Below, piece after piece: positions 9,236-18,941 of a stretch of 64,000 nucleotides of DNA. A model generated the notes under the pieces. It had not been told where the DNA came from, made no database searches, and saw nothing but the letters and a program-made list of their open reading frames with translations. Origin of the DNA: an uncultured Solirubrobacterales bacterium (GTDB lineage: Bacteria; Actinomycetota; Thermoleophilia; Solirubrobacterales; Solirubrobacteraceae). The DNA is taken from NCBI GenBank assembly GCA_963846265.1, contig CAWJVJ010000005.1, positions 601,715 to 665,714 on the forward strand, written 5' to 3'. Positions within the stretch are counted from its first letter, which is position 1. Every line of letters starts with the position of its first letter. The translations under genes were made by a program, and so were the position numbers.

Positions 9236-9817
9236 ATGTCGCCGCTTCGCACCGACACGTTCGACCTCGGTGGGTTGCACCTCACCACGGGCGAGGGGCG
9301 CCGGCGGGAGCTGTTCGTGGCAATCGAGCCGTTCACGCTCGCCGGCGAGACGTATCCGGTCGAACCCGAGCTGGTGCCGGTCCGCCTCGACATCTCGCGG
9401 ACCACGGGGAACGGCTATGCGCTGCGCATTCGATTCGAGGCGACGCTCGTCGGTCCGTGCATGCGCTGCCTCGGGCCGGCGACGCCGACGTTCGCGGTCG
9501 ACGCGCGCGAGGTCTCGCAGCCGAACGAAGCCCGAGCCCTCCGGGACGAGGCGGCCGCGGGACGTGGCCGCTCAAAGCAGCGGGTCGAGATCGACGACCT
9601 GGTCTCGCCGTACGTCGAAGACGGGGTGCTCGATTTGCGTGGCTGGGCGCGCGACGCCCTGGCGCTGGCCGTGCCCGCCAACCTCCTGTGCCGGGAAGGT
9701 TGCGCGGGACTGTGCCCGGCGTGCGGGGCCAATCTGAACGAGGCCGGACCCGATCACCATCACGACCGCGAGCCGGACCCACGCTGGGCAGCGCTCTCGG
9801 AGCTCCGGTTCGAGTAG
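9236..9817 (+). CDS. YceD/DUF177 protein (large ribosomal subunit accumulation)
   Basis: PCMRCL, ALALAVP...LCREGCAGLCPACGANLN, DPRWAAL; directly before rpmF. Confidence 0.92.
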   Translation: MSPLRTDTFDLGGLHLTTGEGRRRELFVAIEPFTLAGETYPVEPELVPVRLDISRTTGNGYALRIRFEATLVGPCMRCLGPATPTFAVDAREVSQPNEARALRDEAAAGRGRSKQRVEIDDLVSPYVEDGVLDLRGWARDALALAVPANLLCREGCAGLCPACGANLNEAGPDHHHDREPDPRWAALSELRFE

Positions 9818-9884
9818 CTCTCGTAATGCGGCTCGAGCAGCGCTGACGGCGTTTGGTCGGGGCCGTGACGGCTACACTGCCCGG

Positions 9885-10079
9885 ATGGCCGTCCCCAAGC
9901 AGAAGCAGTCCCACGCGCGGACCACGCAGCGGCGCTCGCAGCACAAGATCAGCGCGCCGACCTACAACGCGTGCCCGACGTGCCACAGCCCGCGCCTGCC
10001 TCACCGTGTCTGCCCAGTGTGTGGCAGCTACAAGGGCCGCGAGGTCATCGTCCCGGATCGGGACGACCGGATCGCCTGA
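9885..10079 (+). CDS. rpmF: 50S ribosomal protein L32
   Basis: MAVPKQKQSHART..RR, CPTC...PHRVCPVCGSYKGR. Confidence 0.97.
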   Translation: MAVPKQKQSHARTTQRRSQHKISAPTYNACPTCHSPRLPHRVCPVCGSYKGREVIVPDRDDRIA

Positions 10080-10090
10080 GAGCGCCCGGC

Positions 10091-11158
10091 GTGGTCACCG
10101 TCGCCGTGGATGCGGGCGGGGCCGATCTCGGTCCCCGGGAGGTCGCAGCGGGCGCTGCCCGCGCGGCGGCTAACGGCATCCACGTCCTGCTGTTCGGGCC
10201 CGCCGGCGAGATCGGGCCGGTGCCGGACGGCGTCGAGGTCGTGGACGCGCCGGTCTCCATCGCCAAGAAGGCCGACCCGGCGAACGCGGTGCGCACGACG
10301 CCGGAGGCCTCGATCGTGCAGGCGACCCGCGCGGTCGCCGACGGCCGCGCCCAGGCGTTCGTATCCGGGGGGTCGACGGGTCCTGCGCTCGCGGCCGCCC
10401 TGTTCAACCTGCGGCGCGACCGCGGCGTATACCGGCCGGCGCTCGCGCTACCGCTGCCGAATCCCGGCCGCGGCCCGATCCTGCTGCTCGACGTCGGTGC
10501 CAACGTAACCTGCCGTCCCGAGCATCTCGTGCAGTTCGCGCACATGGGGTCGGCCTTCACCCAGGCCGTGCTCGGGATCGAATCTCCGCGGGTCGCGCTC
10601 CTGTCCAACGGCGAGGAACCGGGCAAGGGCACGCCGGATCTCGTCTCCGTGCACGAGCAGCTCGCCGGCGCGCGAGGCGCCGGCCTGAACTTCGTCGGCA
10701 ACGTCGAGGGGACGCAGATCCCCGAGGGCGTGGCCGACGTGGTCGTGATGGACGGCTTCACCGGCAACATCACGTTGAAGCTGATCGAAGGGGTATCGAG
10801 CCGGGCCCTGCGGCTCGTCACCGAGACCGCGAACACCAACATGCGGGGGCGCGTCGGGAGCTGGCTGATCGCGCCGACGATGCAACGGTTGCGAGACGCG
10901 ATCGATCCCGAAGGCCCGGGGGGCGCGTACATGCTCGGGCTGCGGCAACTCGGCGTCGTCGCCCACGGCCGGTTCACCGCGCGGGGCTTCGCCCAGGCGA
11001 TCGACGTGGCTGCGCGCGGCGTGCAGCACGACGTGATCGGCCGGACCCGCACGGCGCTCCAGCAGGCGGGCGCGCTGCGACCCGCTCCGGGAGGCGATGG
11101 GCCGGACCGCGAGCGAGACGGTGGCCCGTCCGAAGCGACGGCTACGGTTTCGAGCTAA
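10091..11158 (+). CDS. plsX: Phosphate acyltransferase PlsX
   Basis: VAVDAGGAD, FVSGGSTG, RPAL, LLDVGAN, FVGNVEG, VVVMDGFTGNITLK. Confidence 0.95.
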   Translation: MVTVAVDAGGADLGPREVAAGAARAAANGIHVLLFGPAGEIGPVPDGVEVVDAPVSIAKKADPANAVRTTPEASIVQATRAVADGRAQAFVSGGSTGPALAAALFNLRRDRGVYRPALALPLPNPGRGPILLLDVGANVTCRPEHLVQFAHMGSAFTQAVLGIESPRVALLSNGEEPGKGTPDLVSVHEQLAGARGAGLNFVGNVEGTQIPEGVADVVVMDGFTGNITLKLIEGVSSRALRLVTETANTNMRGRVGSWLIAPTMQRLRDAIDPEGPGGAYMLGLRQLGVVAHGRFTARGFAQAIDVAARGVQHDVIGRTRTALQQAGALRPAPGGDGPDRERDGGPSEATATVSS

Positions 11159-11199
11159 GTGGCTCCCCCGGCAGATACGAGCGCATTCGAGCGCCCCCT

Positions 11200-11490
11200 A
11201 TGACCCGCGAGCAGATCTTTCAGGTGATCCGCGGCTATCTCGCCGACGAGCTCGAGGTGGATCCGGGGGTGATCTCCGAGTCGACCCGCTTCAAAGAAGA
11301 CCTCGACGCCGACTCGCTGGACCTCTACACGCTGGTGCAGGAGCTCGAGGATTCCTACGGCGTGCGGATCTCCGACGAACAGGCGGCGAAGATCCGGACC
11401 GTCGGCGAAGCCGTTGAGTTCGTGCTGGGCGCCAGCGGTGGCGAGACGCATGCACCGGCGTCGGCGGGCGCAGGTCCCGATGCTGAGTGA
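11200..11490 (+). CDS. acpP: Acyl carrier protein
   Basis: DLDADSLDLYTLV (phosphopantetheine Ser), I.DE.A.KI.TVGEAV. Confidence 0.95.
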   Translation: MTREQIFQVIRGYLADELEVDPGVISESTRFKEDLDADSLDLYTLVQELEDSYGVRISDEQAAKIRTVGEAVEFVLGASGGETHAPASAGAGPDAE

Positions 11491-12191
11491 GCGCGAAGCG
11501 CCGTCTACTCGCGAGTGACTCGCCGGCGCTCCTCCGGGAGCTACTCGACGGGCTGCCCGAGGAGCTGTCGACCTCGGTGTTCACCCATGCCTCGTGGACG
11601 GCGCGACGATCGGACTCCTACGAGCGCCTCGCGTTCCTCGGCGACAGCGTGCTCGCGCTCGCGGTGACCTCGCATCTCTTCCCGCGGCTCGAGGCCGAGC
11701 GGTTCGGCCCCGGGAGGCTGACCAAGATCCGGGCCCAGGCGGTCTCGGGTCGCTCCTGCCGGGAGGTCGCCGACCGGCTCGGCGTGCCGGAGCGCCTCAC
11801 CGCGGCGGCGCCACCGGGAGTGGCCTCGACGGTGCCGGCGCTGGTGGGGACCGAGCGTGTGCTGGCGTCGGTGATCGAGGCGGTTATCGGCGCCTGCTTC
11901 CTGACCTACGGTTACGACCGCACCGCCGCGGCCGTGGTGGCGGCGTTCGCGCCCGAGATCGAGGACGCCCTCGAGCATCCCGTCGACTTCAAGTCGGCGC
12001 TCCAGGAGCGGCTGGCGCGCAAGGGCGCGCTCGTGACCTACGACGTCGTCGACGAGCAAGGACCGCCCCATGACCGGGTGTTCTCGGTCAGCGCCACGAT
12101 CGCCGGCGTCGAGGTGAGCCGGGGGACGGGCCGGAGCAAGAAGGACGCCGAGCAGGAGGCCGCACAGGTGGCGCTCGAGGCGCTGGGATGA
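11487..12191 (+). CDS. rnc: Ribonuclease III with non-canonical active-site residues
   Basis: FTHAS, ERLAFLGDSVL, LTKIRA, EAVIGA, dsRBD DFKSALQE...GPPH...G.GRSKKDAEQ.AA; position acpP-rnc-smc. Confidence 0.92.
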   Translation: MSAKRRLLASDSPALLRELLDGLPEELSTSVFTHASWTARRSDSYERLAFLGDSVLALAVTSHLFPRLEAERFGPGRLTKIRAQAVSGRSCREVADRLGVPERLTAAAPPGVASTVPALVGTERVLASVIEAVIGACFLTYGYDRTAAAVVAAFAPEIEDALEHPVDFKSALQERLARKGALVTYDVVDEQGPPHDRVFSVSATIAGVEVSRGTGRSKKDAEQEAAQVALEALG

Positions 12192-12229
12192 ACATTCGGT
12201 CCCACACACCCCACCCCAACTAGACCGCT

Positions 12230-15200
12230 ATGTACCTGAAATCGATCGTCCTCAAGGGCTTCAAGTCGTTCCCGGACCGGACCAAGCTCGAGTTCGGACC
12301 CGGCGTCAGCGTGATCGTGGGGCCGAACGGATCGGGCAAATCCAACATCACCGACGCGGTCCTGTGGGCGCTCGGCGAGCAGTCGCCGCTGGCCGTCCGC
12401 GGCCAGTCGATGCAGGACGTGATCTTCGGCGGGTCTCCCGGCCGTCAGGGCGCCCGGGGCGCCGAGGTCGAGCTCGTGCTCGACGACAGCGAGGGGATGC
12501 TCGGGCTCGGCGCGCCCGAGGTCTCGATCTTGCGGCGGCTCGACCGCGGCGGTGAAGGCGAGTACCGGCTCGCGGGCGCCCGCTGCCGGCTCGTCGACGT
12601 GATCGAGGTACTGTCCGACACCGGCCTGGGCAAGGAGATGCACTCGGTCATCTCCCAGGGTCGGGTCGAATCGATCGTGACCTCCAAGCCGCGCGACCGC
12701 CGGATGCTGATCGAAGAGGCAGCCGGGCTCGGCAAACACCGCAAGCGCCGGCGCCGCGCGCAGCTGAAGCTCGCCCGCACCCAGGACAACCTCGATCGCG
12801 CCCTCGACGTCGAGCGGGAGGCCCGCTCACGCCTGCGGCCGCTGAAGCGCCAGGCGGAGGCAGCGGAGCTGCATGCCCGCCTCGAGCGCCAGACGCTCGA
12901 GGCGCGGTGGGAGCTCGGCCGCGACGATCTGCGCCGCCACCAGGCCGAGCTCGCCGGCGCCGAGGCCGCTACCGCGCAGGCGCGCGCCGAGCGCGAGCGG
13001 GTCGAACGCGAGCTCACCGAGGTCGCCGGTCGCCGGGAGGCGGCCGAGGAGGCCCTGGCGGGGCGCAGCGCCCATCGCGAGGAGTTGTCGCGACGGTGCT
13101 TCCTCGCACAGTCCGCCGGCGATCGCGTGTCCTACCGCGCCGAGGCGGTGCGGGCGGCGCAGCGGAACATCGAGGGACGCCTGAGTAGCGGGCGCGAGCA
13201 TCTAGCCAGGTTGCGAGCTGCCGCGCAGGCCGACGTGCCCGATCCGCAGATCGACGCGCGGATCGCCGAGCTCGAGCAGGTGCTCGCCCGGCTCGACCGC
13301 GACCGCGAAGCCGAGCTCGTGCGCCAGCTCGCCGAGCTCGAGGGGCAGCTGCGGGCCGCGGGCGCGGCCGTCGGCGAGCGGGCGAAGACCGTCGAGCAGG
13401 CGCGGGCCGTCCGCGAGCAGGCACGGGAGCGACTCGAGCAGGTGCGAGGCGAGCTGCGCGAGGCCGAGCGCGCGGTCGAGGCCGCCCGCCGTGAGGCCGC
13501 GCGGGTGGGCGGCGAGCTAGCCGCCTGCAACCAGTTCCTGCGCAGCCAGACCGCCGCCCCGGGCGGTGCCACGGTCCTCGCCGACCAGCTCGAGGTCGAT
13601 CCGGGCTACGAGCTAGCGGTCGCGGCCGCGCTCGACGGACGGCTGCGCGCGGCGGTCCTCGGCGACCGTGCAGCCGCCGGCGCCCTGCTCGATCGCGCCG
13701 GCGCCGATGGCGGCCGTGCGCTCGTGGCCCCGTCTGATGGTCCACTGGAGGCGCCGGCGACCACGGAGCCCCCGCCGCAGGACGGAGCGGAGCCGCTCGC
13801 CGGCCACGTCCACGGCCCGGCGCAAGCGGCCGCGCTCGCGCGAGCGTTGCTCCACGGCGTGTGGGTCGTCGAGAGCCTCGAGCGGCTGCCCGACCGGTTC
13901 GACGGAGTCGCGGTCACGCTGTCCGGTCGGGTGTGGTCCTCGCGCTCACGGGAGCTGCGCCAGGCGCCGGCGGTGGGCGAGGAGCGCGTCCTGGCCGAGC
14001 GCAACCGCCGCGACACGCTGGTCCGGGCGAGCGAGGCCGCCGTGCAGGCCGAGCAAGCAGCCGGCGCCGCGCTCGAGCGCCACGGCGAGGTGGTGGCTGG
14101 TGCCGAGGCGGAGTCCGAGAACGCGATCGCGGCGCACCGCGCGGCCGTCAGTCAGCGCGACGAGGCGAGCGAGGAGGAGCGGCGGATCGCGGCGGCGATC
14201 GAGCGCCGGCGGGCGGCCCCCGATGACGGCCCCGACGCCGGGCATCGCATGCAGGTGTCCGCCGAGCTCGGCGCGGCCAGGGCCGCCCGCGAGCGCGAGC
14301 AGCGCGAGCGCGACGACCGCCAGGCGCGGATCGAGCGCCTGCACGAAGCAACGCAGCGGGACGAGGCGCTGGTGCCCACCGTACGCGCCTTGATCGATGC
14401 GCTCGAGCACGTGGCGAGCGCGATCTCAGAGCGCCGCGAGCAGTTCGAGCTCGCGCTGCGCTCAGACCGGGAGGCCGGCGAGCACGTCGCGGCCGAGCTC
14501 AGGGATTGCGCTCAGCGCGAGGCGACGCTCCACGGGCAGCTCCGCCAGGGCAACGAGCGGCTGACCGACTGCCAGGTCCGGCTCCAGCGGGCTCGGGACC
14601 GGGTCGACGAGTCCACGCACGATCTTGGCGAGCTCGCGAGCAAGCTGGAGCTCCCCGCCGAGCCCGCCGACACCGAGCTTGCCGGCGATGAGCGACAGGC
14701 GCTGACTTCCCGGCTCGAACGGCTCGCTCGCCGCCGCGAGCAGCTCGGGCCGGTCAACCCGCTCGCGCAGACCGAGTACGAGGAGGCCGTCGCGCACGTC
14801 GAGGAGCTCGAGCATCAGCGCGAGGATCTCGAGACCGCGCTGCGCGAGCTGAACAAGCTGATCGCCGACACCGACCGCCAGATTCGCGAGAGCTTCGAGC
14901 AGATGTTCGAGGCGGCGGCGCGCAACTTCGAGCAGGTCGCCGCTCGGCTGTTCCCCGGCGGCCGCGGACGCCTGCGGCTCGTGACCGAGCGCGAGGGGCC
15001 CGCGCGGGTGCTCGGCGGCGCGCCGGCGCCCGGGGAGGAGAAGCCAGACTCGGACGACGGCGACGGCGAGGGTGGCGGAGACGAGGCCGGTGGTGTCGCG
15101 GAGCAGGAAGAGGACCAGCTCGGCGTCGAGATCGAGATCACGCCGGCCGGGAAGGACATGAAGCGCCTGTCGCTGCTGTCCGGCGGAGAGAAGTCGATGA

Positions 15201-15469
15201 CCGCGCTGGCGTTCCTGTTCGCGGTGTTCCTGGCGCGGCCGTGTCCGTTCTACATCCTCGACGAGGTCGAGGCCGCGCTCGACGATCTGAATATCGATCG
15301 CTTCCTCGAGCTGCTGCGCACCTACTCGGGCCACGCCCAGTTCATCGTCGTCACCCACCAGAAGCGCACGATGGAGGCGGCCGACTCGCTGTACGGCGTG
15401 TCGATGGGGGCCGACGGGATCTCAAAGGTGATCTCGCGCCGGTTGCCCCCGCGAGAAGAAGCCGCGTAA
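12230..15469 (+). CDS. smc: Chromosome segregation protein SMC
   Basis: LKGFKSF, GPNGSGKSN, long coiled coils, LSGGEKS, LDEVEAALD, VTHQK. Confidence 0.96.
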   Translation: MYLKSIVLKGFKSFPDRTKLEFGPGVSVIVGPNGSGKSNITDAVLWALGEQSPLAVRGQSMQDVIFGGSPGRQGARGAEVELVLDDSEGMLGLGAPEVSILRRLDRGGEGEYRLAGARCRLVDVIEVLSDTGLGKEMHSVISQGRVESIVTSKPRDRRMLIEEAAGLGKHRKRRRRAQLKLARTQDNLDRALDVEREARSRLRPLKRQAEAAELHARLERQTLEARWELGRDDLRRHQAELAGAEAATAQARAERERVERELTEVAGRREAAEEALAGRSAHREELSRRCFLAQSAGDRVSYRAEAVRAAQRNIEGRLSSGREHLARLRAAAQADVPDPQIDARIAELEQVLARLDRDREAELVRQLAELEGQLRAAGAAVGERAKTVEQARAVREQARERLEQVRGELREAERAVEAARREAARVGGELAACNQFLRSQTAAPGGATVLADQLEVDPGYELAVAAALDGRLRAAVLGDRAAAGALLDRAGADGGRALVAPSDGPLEAPATTEPPPQDGAEPLAGHVHGPAQAAALARALLHGVWVVESLERLPDRFDGVAVTLSGRVWSSRSRELRQAPAVGEERVLAERNRRDTLVRASEAAVQAEQAAGAALERHGEVVAGAEAESENAIAAHRAAVSQRDEASEEERRIAAAIERRRAAPDDGPDAGHRMQVSAELGAARAAREREQRERDDRQARIERLHEATQRDEALVPTVRALIDALEHVASAISERREQFELALRSDREAGEHVAAELRDCAQREATLHGQLRQGNERLTDCQVRLQRARDRVDESTHDLGELASKLELPAEPADTELAGDERQALTSRLERLARRREQLGPVNPLAQTEYEEAVAHVEELEHQREDLETALRELNKLIADTDRQIRESFEQMFEAAARNFEQVAARLFPGGRGRLRLVTEREGPARVLGGAPAPGEEKPDSDDGDGEGGGDEAGGVAEQEEDQLGVEIEITPAGKDMKRLSLLSGGEKSMTALAFLFAVFLARPCPFYILDEVEAALDDLNIDRFLELLRTYSGHAQFIVVTHQKRTMEAADSLYGVSMGADGISKVISRRLPPREEAA

Positions 15470-15480
15470 CCTCGCGGTCC

Positions 15481-16485
15481 GTGGCTCGCGACTGGAGAGA
15501 CCTGTTCATCGTCGACGGCGCGCAGGGCGGGGGGGATCCGATCTCCGAGACCGCGCCGGCGGCGCAGGAGCGGCGCGTGGGCATGTTCCGCCGCCTGCGC
15601 GAGAACCTCCGCAAGACCCGCCAGGCGCTCGCCACCGAGATCCAGGCGACGCTGTTCGAGGATCTGAGCGAGGAGACGTGGGAGCGGCTCGAGGAGGCGC
15701 TGATCTACGCCGATGTCGGCGCCTCCACGACGGCCAAGGTCGTCGAGCAGCTCGAGCACGAGGCGACGGAGGGCGGAATATCGGGTGGCCCGGCGCTGAC
15801 CGAGCGACTGATCGAGTTGCTCGCCGAGATCGCGCATACCGGTGAGGACCGGATCGACCTCAGGCCGCAGCCCACGGTGATCCTGGTCGCCGGCGTCAAC
15901 GGCACCGGCAAGACGACCACGGTCGGCAAGCTGGCTTGGCACCTGAGCAAGGAGCTCGGGCAGACGGTCGTCGTCGGCGCGGCGGACACGTTCCGCGCGG
16001 CTGGGGTCGAGCAGCTCGAGGTGTGGGCGCAGCGGGCCGGGGTCGGGTTCGTGAAGGGCCCGCCGAACGCGGACCCGGGCGCGGTCGCCTTCGACACGAT
16101 CGCCGCGGCACGCCGTGACGGGGCCGACGTCGTGATCATCGATACGGCGGGGCGGCTCCACACCCAGGACGACCTGATGGCCGAGCTGGCGAAGGTCAAA
16201 CGGGTGATCTCCAAGCAGATTCCCGAGGCTCCGCACGAGACGCTGCTGACCGTCGACGCCACCACCGGTCAGAACGGACTTCGCCAGGCGCGCCTGTTCT
16301 CCGAGGCCGTCGACGTCAGCGGGCTCGTGCTGACCAAGCTCGACGGAACCGCGAAGGGAGGGATCGCGCTCGCGATCGCCCACGAGCTCGGGATCCCCGT
16401 CAAGCTGATCGGGATCGGCGAGCAGCTGGAGGACCTCCGCCCGTTCGATTCGAGCGACTTCGCCAGAGCGCTCGTGACGCAGTAG
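15481..16485 (+). CDS. ftsY: SRP receptor FtsY
   Basis: GVNGTGKTTT, DTFRAA, DTAGRL, DATTGQNG, TKLDGTAKGG. Confidence 0.97.
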   Translation: MARDWRDLFIVDGAQGGGDPISETAPAAQERRVGMFRRLRENLRKTRQALATEIQATLFEDLSEETWERLEEALIYADVGASTTAKVVEQLEHEATEGGISGGPALTERLIELLAEIAHTGEDRIDLRPQPTVILVAGVNGTGKTTTVGKLAWHLSKELGQTVVVGAADTFRAAGVEQLEVWAQRAGVGFVKGPPNADPGAVAFDTIAAARRDGADVVIIDTAGRLHTQDDLMAELAKVKRVISKQIPEAPHETLLTVDATTGQNGLRQARLFSEAVDVSGLVLTKLDGTAKGGIALAIAHELGIPVKLIGIGEQLEDLRPFDSSDFARALVTQ

Positions 16486-16533
16486 CCCGGCCGGATGCGG
16501 TTACTTGCCCACGCAGTACGCTGAGAGCCCGCA

Positions 16534-17865
16534 ATGTTCGATTCGCTCGCAGAGAAGCTCCAGGCGACGCTTTCCGACGTCCGCGGACGCGGCACGCTCA
16601 CCGAGGCCGACATCTCCGCGGCGATGCGCGAGATCCGCCTGGCGCTGCTAGAAGCCGACGTCAACTTCAAGGTCGTCAAGAGCTTCACGAACGCTGTTAA
16701 GGAGCGTGCGCTCGGGGCCGACGTGATCGGCAAGCTCAACCCCGGACAGCAGGTCGTCAAGATCGTCTCCGACGAGCTGACCGAGCTGATGGGCGGCGCC
16801 GCGCGGGAGCTGTCGTTCTCGCCGCGGCCCCCGACGGTCGTGGTGATGGTTGGCCTCCAGGGGTCGGGCAAGACGACCGCGACCGGCAAGCTGGCCCGTT
16901 ACCTGAAGGAGCAGCACGGCTCCTCGGTGGCGGTGGCGGCATGCGACGTGTACCGCCCCGCCGCCGTCGATCAGCTGATCAAGGTGGGAGCGCAGGCTGG
17001 CGCCGCCGTGTACGAGCAGGGCACCGATCGCGATCCGGTCAAGATCGCCGCCTGGGCGCGTGACCGCGCGCAGTCCGAGGGCAAGGACGTGCTGATCATC
17101 GACACCGCCGGTCGCCTCCACATCGACCAGGAGCTGATGGCCGAGCTGGCCAACATCAAGAAGGCGGTCAGGCCCCACGACGTGCTGCTCGTGGTCGACG
17201 CGATGACTGGTCAGGACGCCGTCAACGTCGCCGAGCAGTTCGCCGAGGTGATCCAGTTCGACGGCGTCGTGATGACCAAGCTCGACGGCGACGCGCGCGG
17301 CGGCGCCGCGCTGTCGGTGAAGGCGATCACCGGCAAGCCGATCCTGTTCGCGTCCACCGGCGAGAAACTCGATCAGTTCGAGCGCTTCCACCCCGACCGC
17401 ATGGCCCAGCGGATCCTCGGGATGGGCGACGTAATGACTCTGATCGAGAAGGCCGAGACCGCGTATGACCAGGACCAGGCGGCCGAGCTCGAGCGCAAGC
17501 TGCGAAAGTCGGATTTCGGGCTGGACGATTTTCTCGAGCAGATGCGCCAGATCCGCCGACTCGGTCCGCTCCAGTCGCTGATCGGGATGATCCCGGGGAT
17601 GGGTAAGGAGCTGCGCGGGGCCAAGATCGACGAGCGCGAGTTCGACCGGATCCAGGCGATCATCCTGTCGATGACCCCGCAGGAGCGCCGGCACCCGGAG
17701 CTGATCAAGGGCTCGCGTCGGCTGCGAATCGCGAAGGGATCGGGCACGAACGTCCAGGCGGTCAAGGCGCTGATCAAGCAGTTCGAGCAGATGCGCAAAG
17801 TCATGCGCCAGGTCGCCCAGGGGCGCATGCCGGACCTCGGCGCGCTGATGCGCCAGTCGCGTTGA
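16534..17865 (+). CDS. ffh: Signal recognition particle protein Ffh
   Basis: ALLEADVN, GLQGSGKTT, DTAGRL, TKLDGDARGG, RMAQRILGMGD, M domain. Confidence 0.98.
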   Translation: MFDSLAEKLQATLSDVRGRGTLTEADISAAMREIRLALLEADVNFKVVKSFTNAVKERALGADVIGKLNPGQQVVKIVSDELTELMGGAARELSFSPRPPTVVVMVGLQGSGKTTATGKLARYLKEQHGSSVAVAACDVYRPAAVDQLIKVGAQAGAAVYEQGTDRDPVKIAAWARDRAQSEGKDVLIIDTAGRLHIDQELMAELANIKKAVRPHDVLLVVDAMTGQDAVNVAEQFAEVIQFDGVVMTKLDGDARGGAALSVKAITGKPILFASTGEKLDQFERFHPDRMAQRILGMGDVMTLIEKAETAYDQDQAAELERKLRKSDFGLDDFLEQMRQIRRLGPLQSLIGMIPGMGKELRGAKIDEREFDRIQAIILSMTPQERRHPELIKGSRRLRIAKGSGTNVQAVKALIKQFEQMRKVMRQVAQGRMPDLGALMRQSR

Positions 17866-17927
17866 GCGGCCCAGCGGCGAGCCCAGTCGTCGAACATGCG
17901 CCGTGACCCGCTAACCTCGTCGCTCTT

Positions 17928-18170
17928 ATGTCTGTACGACTGAGGCTGACGCGCATCGGTGGGCGCAAGAACCCGGTTTGGCGGGTGGTCGTCGCGGATC
18001 AACGCGCCAAGCGCGACGGGCGCGTGATCGAGATCGTCGGGCACTACAACGCCCAGACGGATCCTTCGACGATCTCCCTCGACGAGGAGCGGGTCCGTGA
18101 CTGGCTCGCCCGCGGCGCCCAACCCACGGACACCGTCCGCAAGCTTCTGCGTATCCAGGGCATCCACTAG
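17928..18170 (+). CDS. rpsP: 30S ribosomal protein S16
   Basis: VRLRLTRIGGRKNP..RVVVADQR..RDG, GAQPTDTV. Confidence 0.97.
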   Translation: MSVRLRLTRIGGRKNPVWRVVVADQRAKRDGRVIEIVGHYNAQTDPSTISLDEERVRDWLARGAQPTDTVRKLLRIQGIH

Positions 18171-18180
18171 CGCCGCGGCG

Positions 18181-18417
18181 ATGAAGGAGCTGCTCGAGTA
18201 CCTGGCGCGCGGTCTCGTCGAGAATCCCGACGCCGTGCGCGTGAACGAGGTGCAGGAGGACGACGGCGTGATCGTGCTCGAGCTGTCGGTCGCTGACGAC
18301 GACTACGGCAACGTGATCGGCCGGGGCGGCCGGACTGCGGCCGCAATACGCACGGTGGTCAAGACGGCCGCGGTCAGGAGCAATCGCCGCGTGTTCGTCG
18401 ACATCGTCGACGGGTGA
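18181..18417 (+). CDS. khpA: KH-domain RNA-binding protein KhpA
   Basis: MKELLEYLARGLV..PD.V, D.GNVIGRGGRTA.AIR; rpsP-khpA-rimM order. Confidence 0.93.
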   Translation: MKELLEYLARGLVENPDAVRVNEVQEDDGVIVLELSVADDDYGNVIGRGGRTAAAIRTVVKTAAVRSNRRVFVDIVDG

Positions 18418-18430
18418 ACCCCCCGGCCGT

Positions 18431-18928
18431 GTGAGCTCTTCGCCTGAGTGGCTACTCGCGGGCCGCGTCGGGCGTCCGCACGGACTCGACGGCAGCTTTC
18501 ACGTCACGCAGCCGAACGCCGAGCTGCTGGCGTCGGCCGCAACCGTGCTCGTCGAAGACCGCGAGCTCGCCATCACGCGTCGCGCCGGGACCGACCGGCG
18601 GATGATCCTGCGCCTCGAGGATCACGAGGATCGCGCGGCGGCCGAGGCGTTGCGCGGCAAGGACATGATGGCCGCGCGCGGCGTGGCGCCCGAGCTCGGT
18701 CCGGAGGAGTGGTGGGCCGACGACCTCGCCGGCTGCGCTGTGCATGACGGCGAGCGTGAGGTCGGGACGGTCAGGCGGCTGATCGAGCTCCCCTCTTGCG
18801 AGGTGCTTGAGGTCGAGCGGTCGGGCGGCGGCGACCTGCTCGTGCCGCTCGTCACCGACGCCGTGCGCGAGGTCGATCTCGACCGGCGCACGATCGACAT
18901 CGACCTTCAGTTCCTCGGCGAGGCTTAG
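18431..18928 (+). CDS. rimM: Ribosome maturation factor RimM
   Basis: GRVGRPHGLDG, AEALRG, DLAGCAV, LVPLV. Confidence 0.93.
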   Translation: MSSSPEWLLAGRVGRPHGLDGSFHVTQPNAELLASAATVLVEDRELAITRRAGTDRRMILRLEDHEDRAAAEALRGKDMMAARGVAPELGPEEWWADDLAGCAVHDGEREVGTVRRLIELPSCEVLEVERSGGGDLLVPLVTDAVREVDLDRRTIDIDLQFLGEA

Positions 18929-18941
18929 AGCGCGGACCCGC

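Noticed and set aside
389-10079. Zinc-sparing ribosomal paralogues
   Set aside because: L28 and L32 both keep their four Cys, so these are the standard zinc-binding forms.
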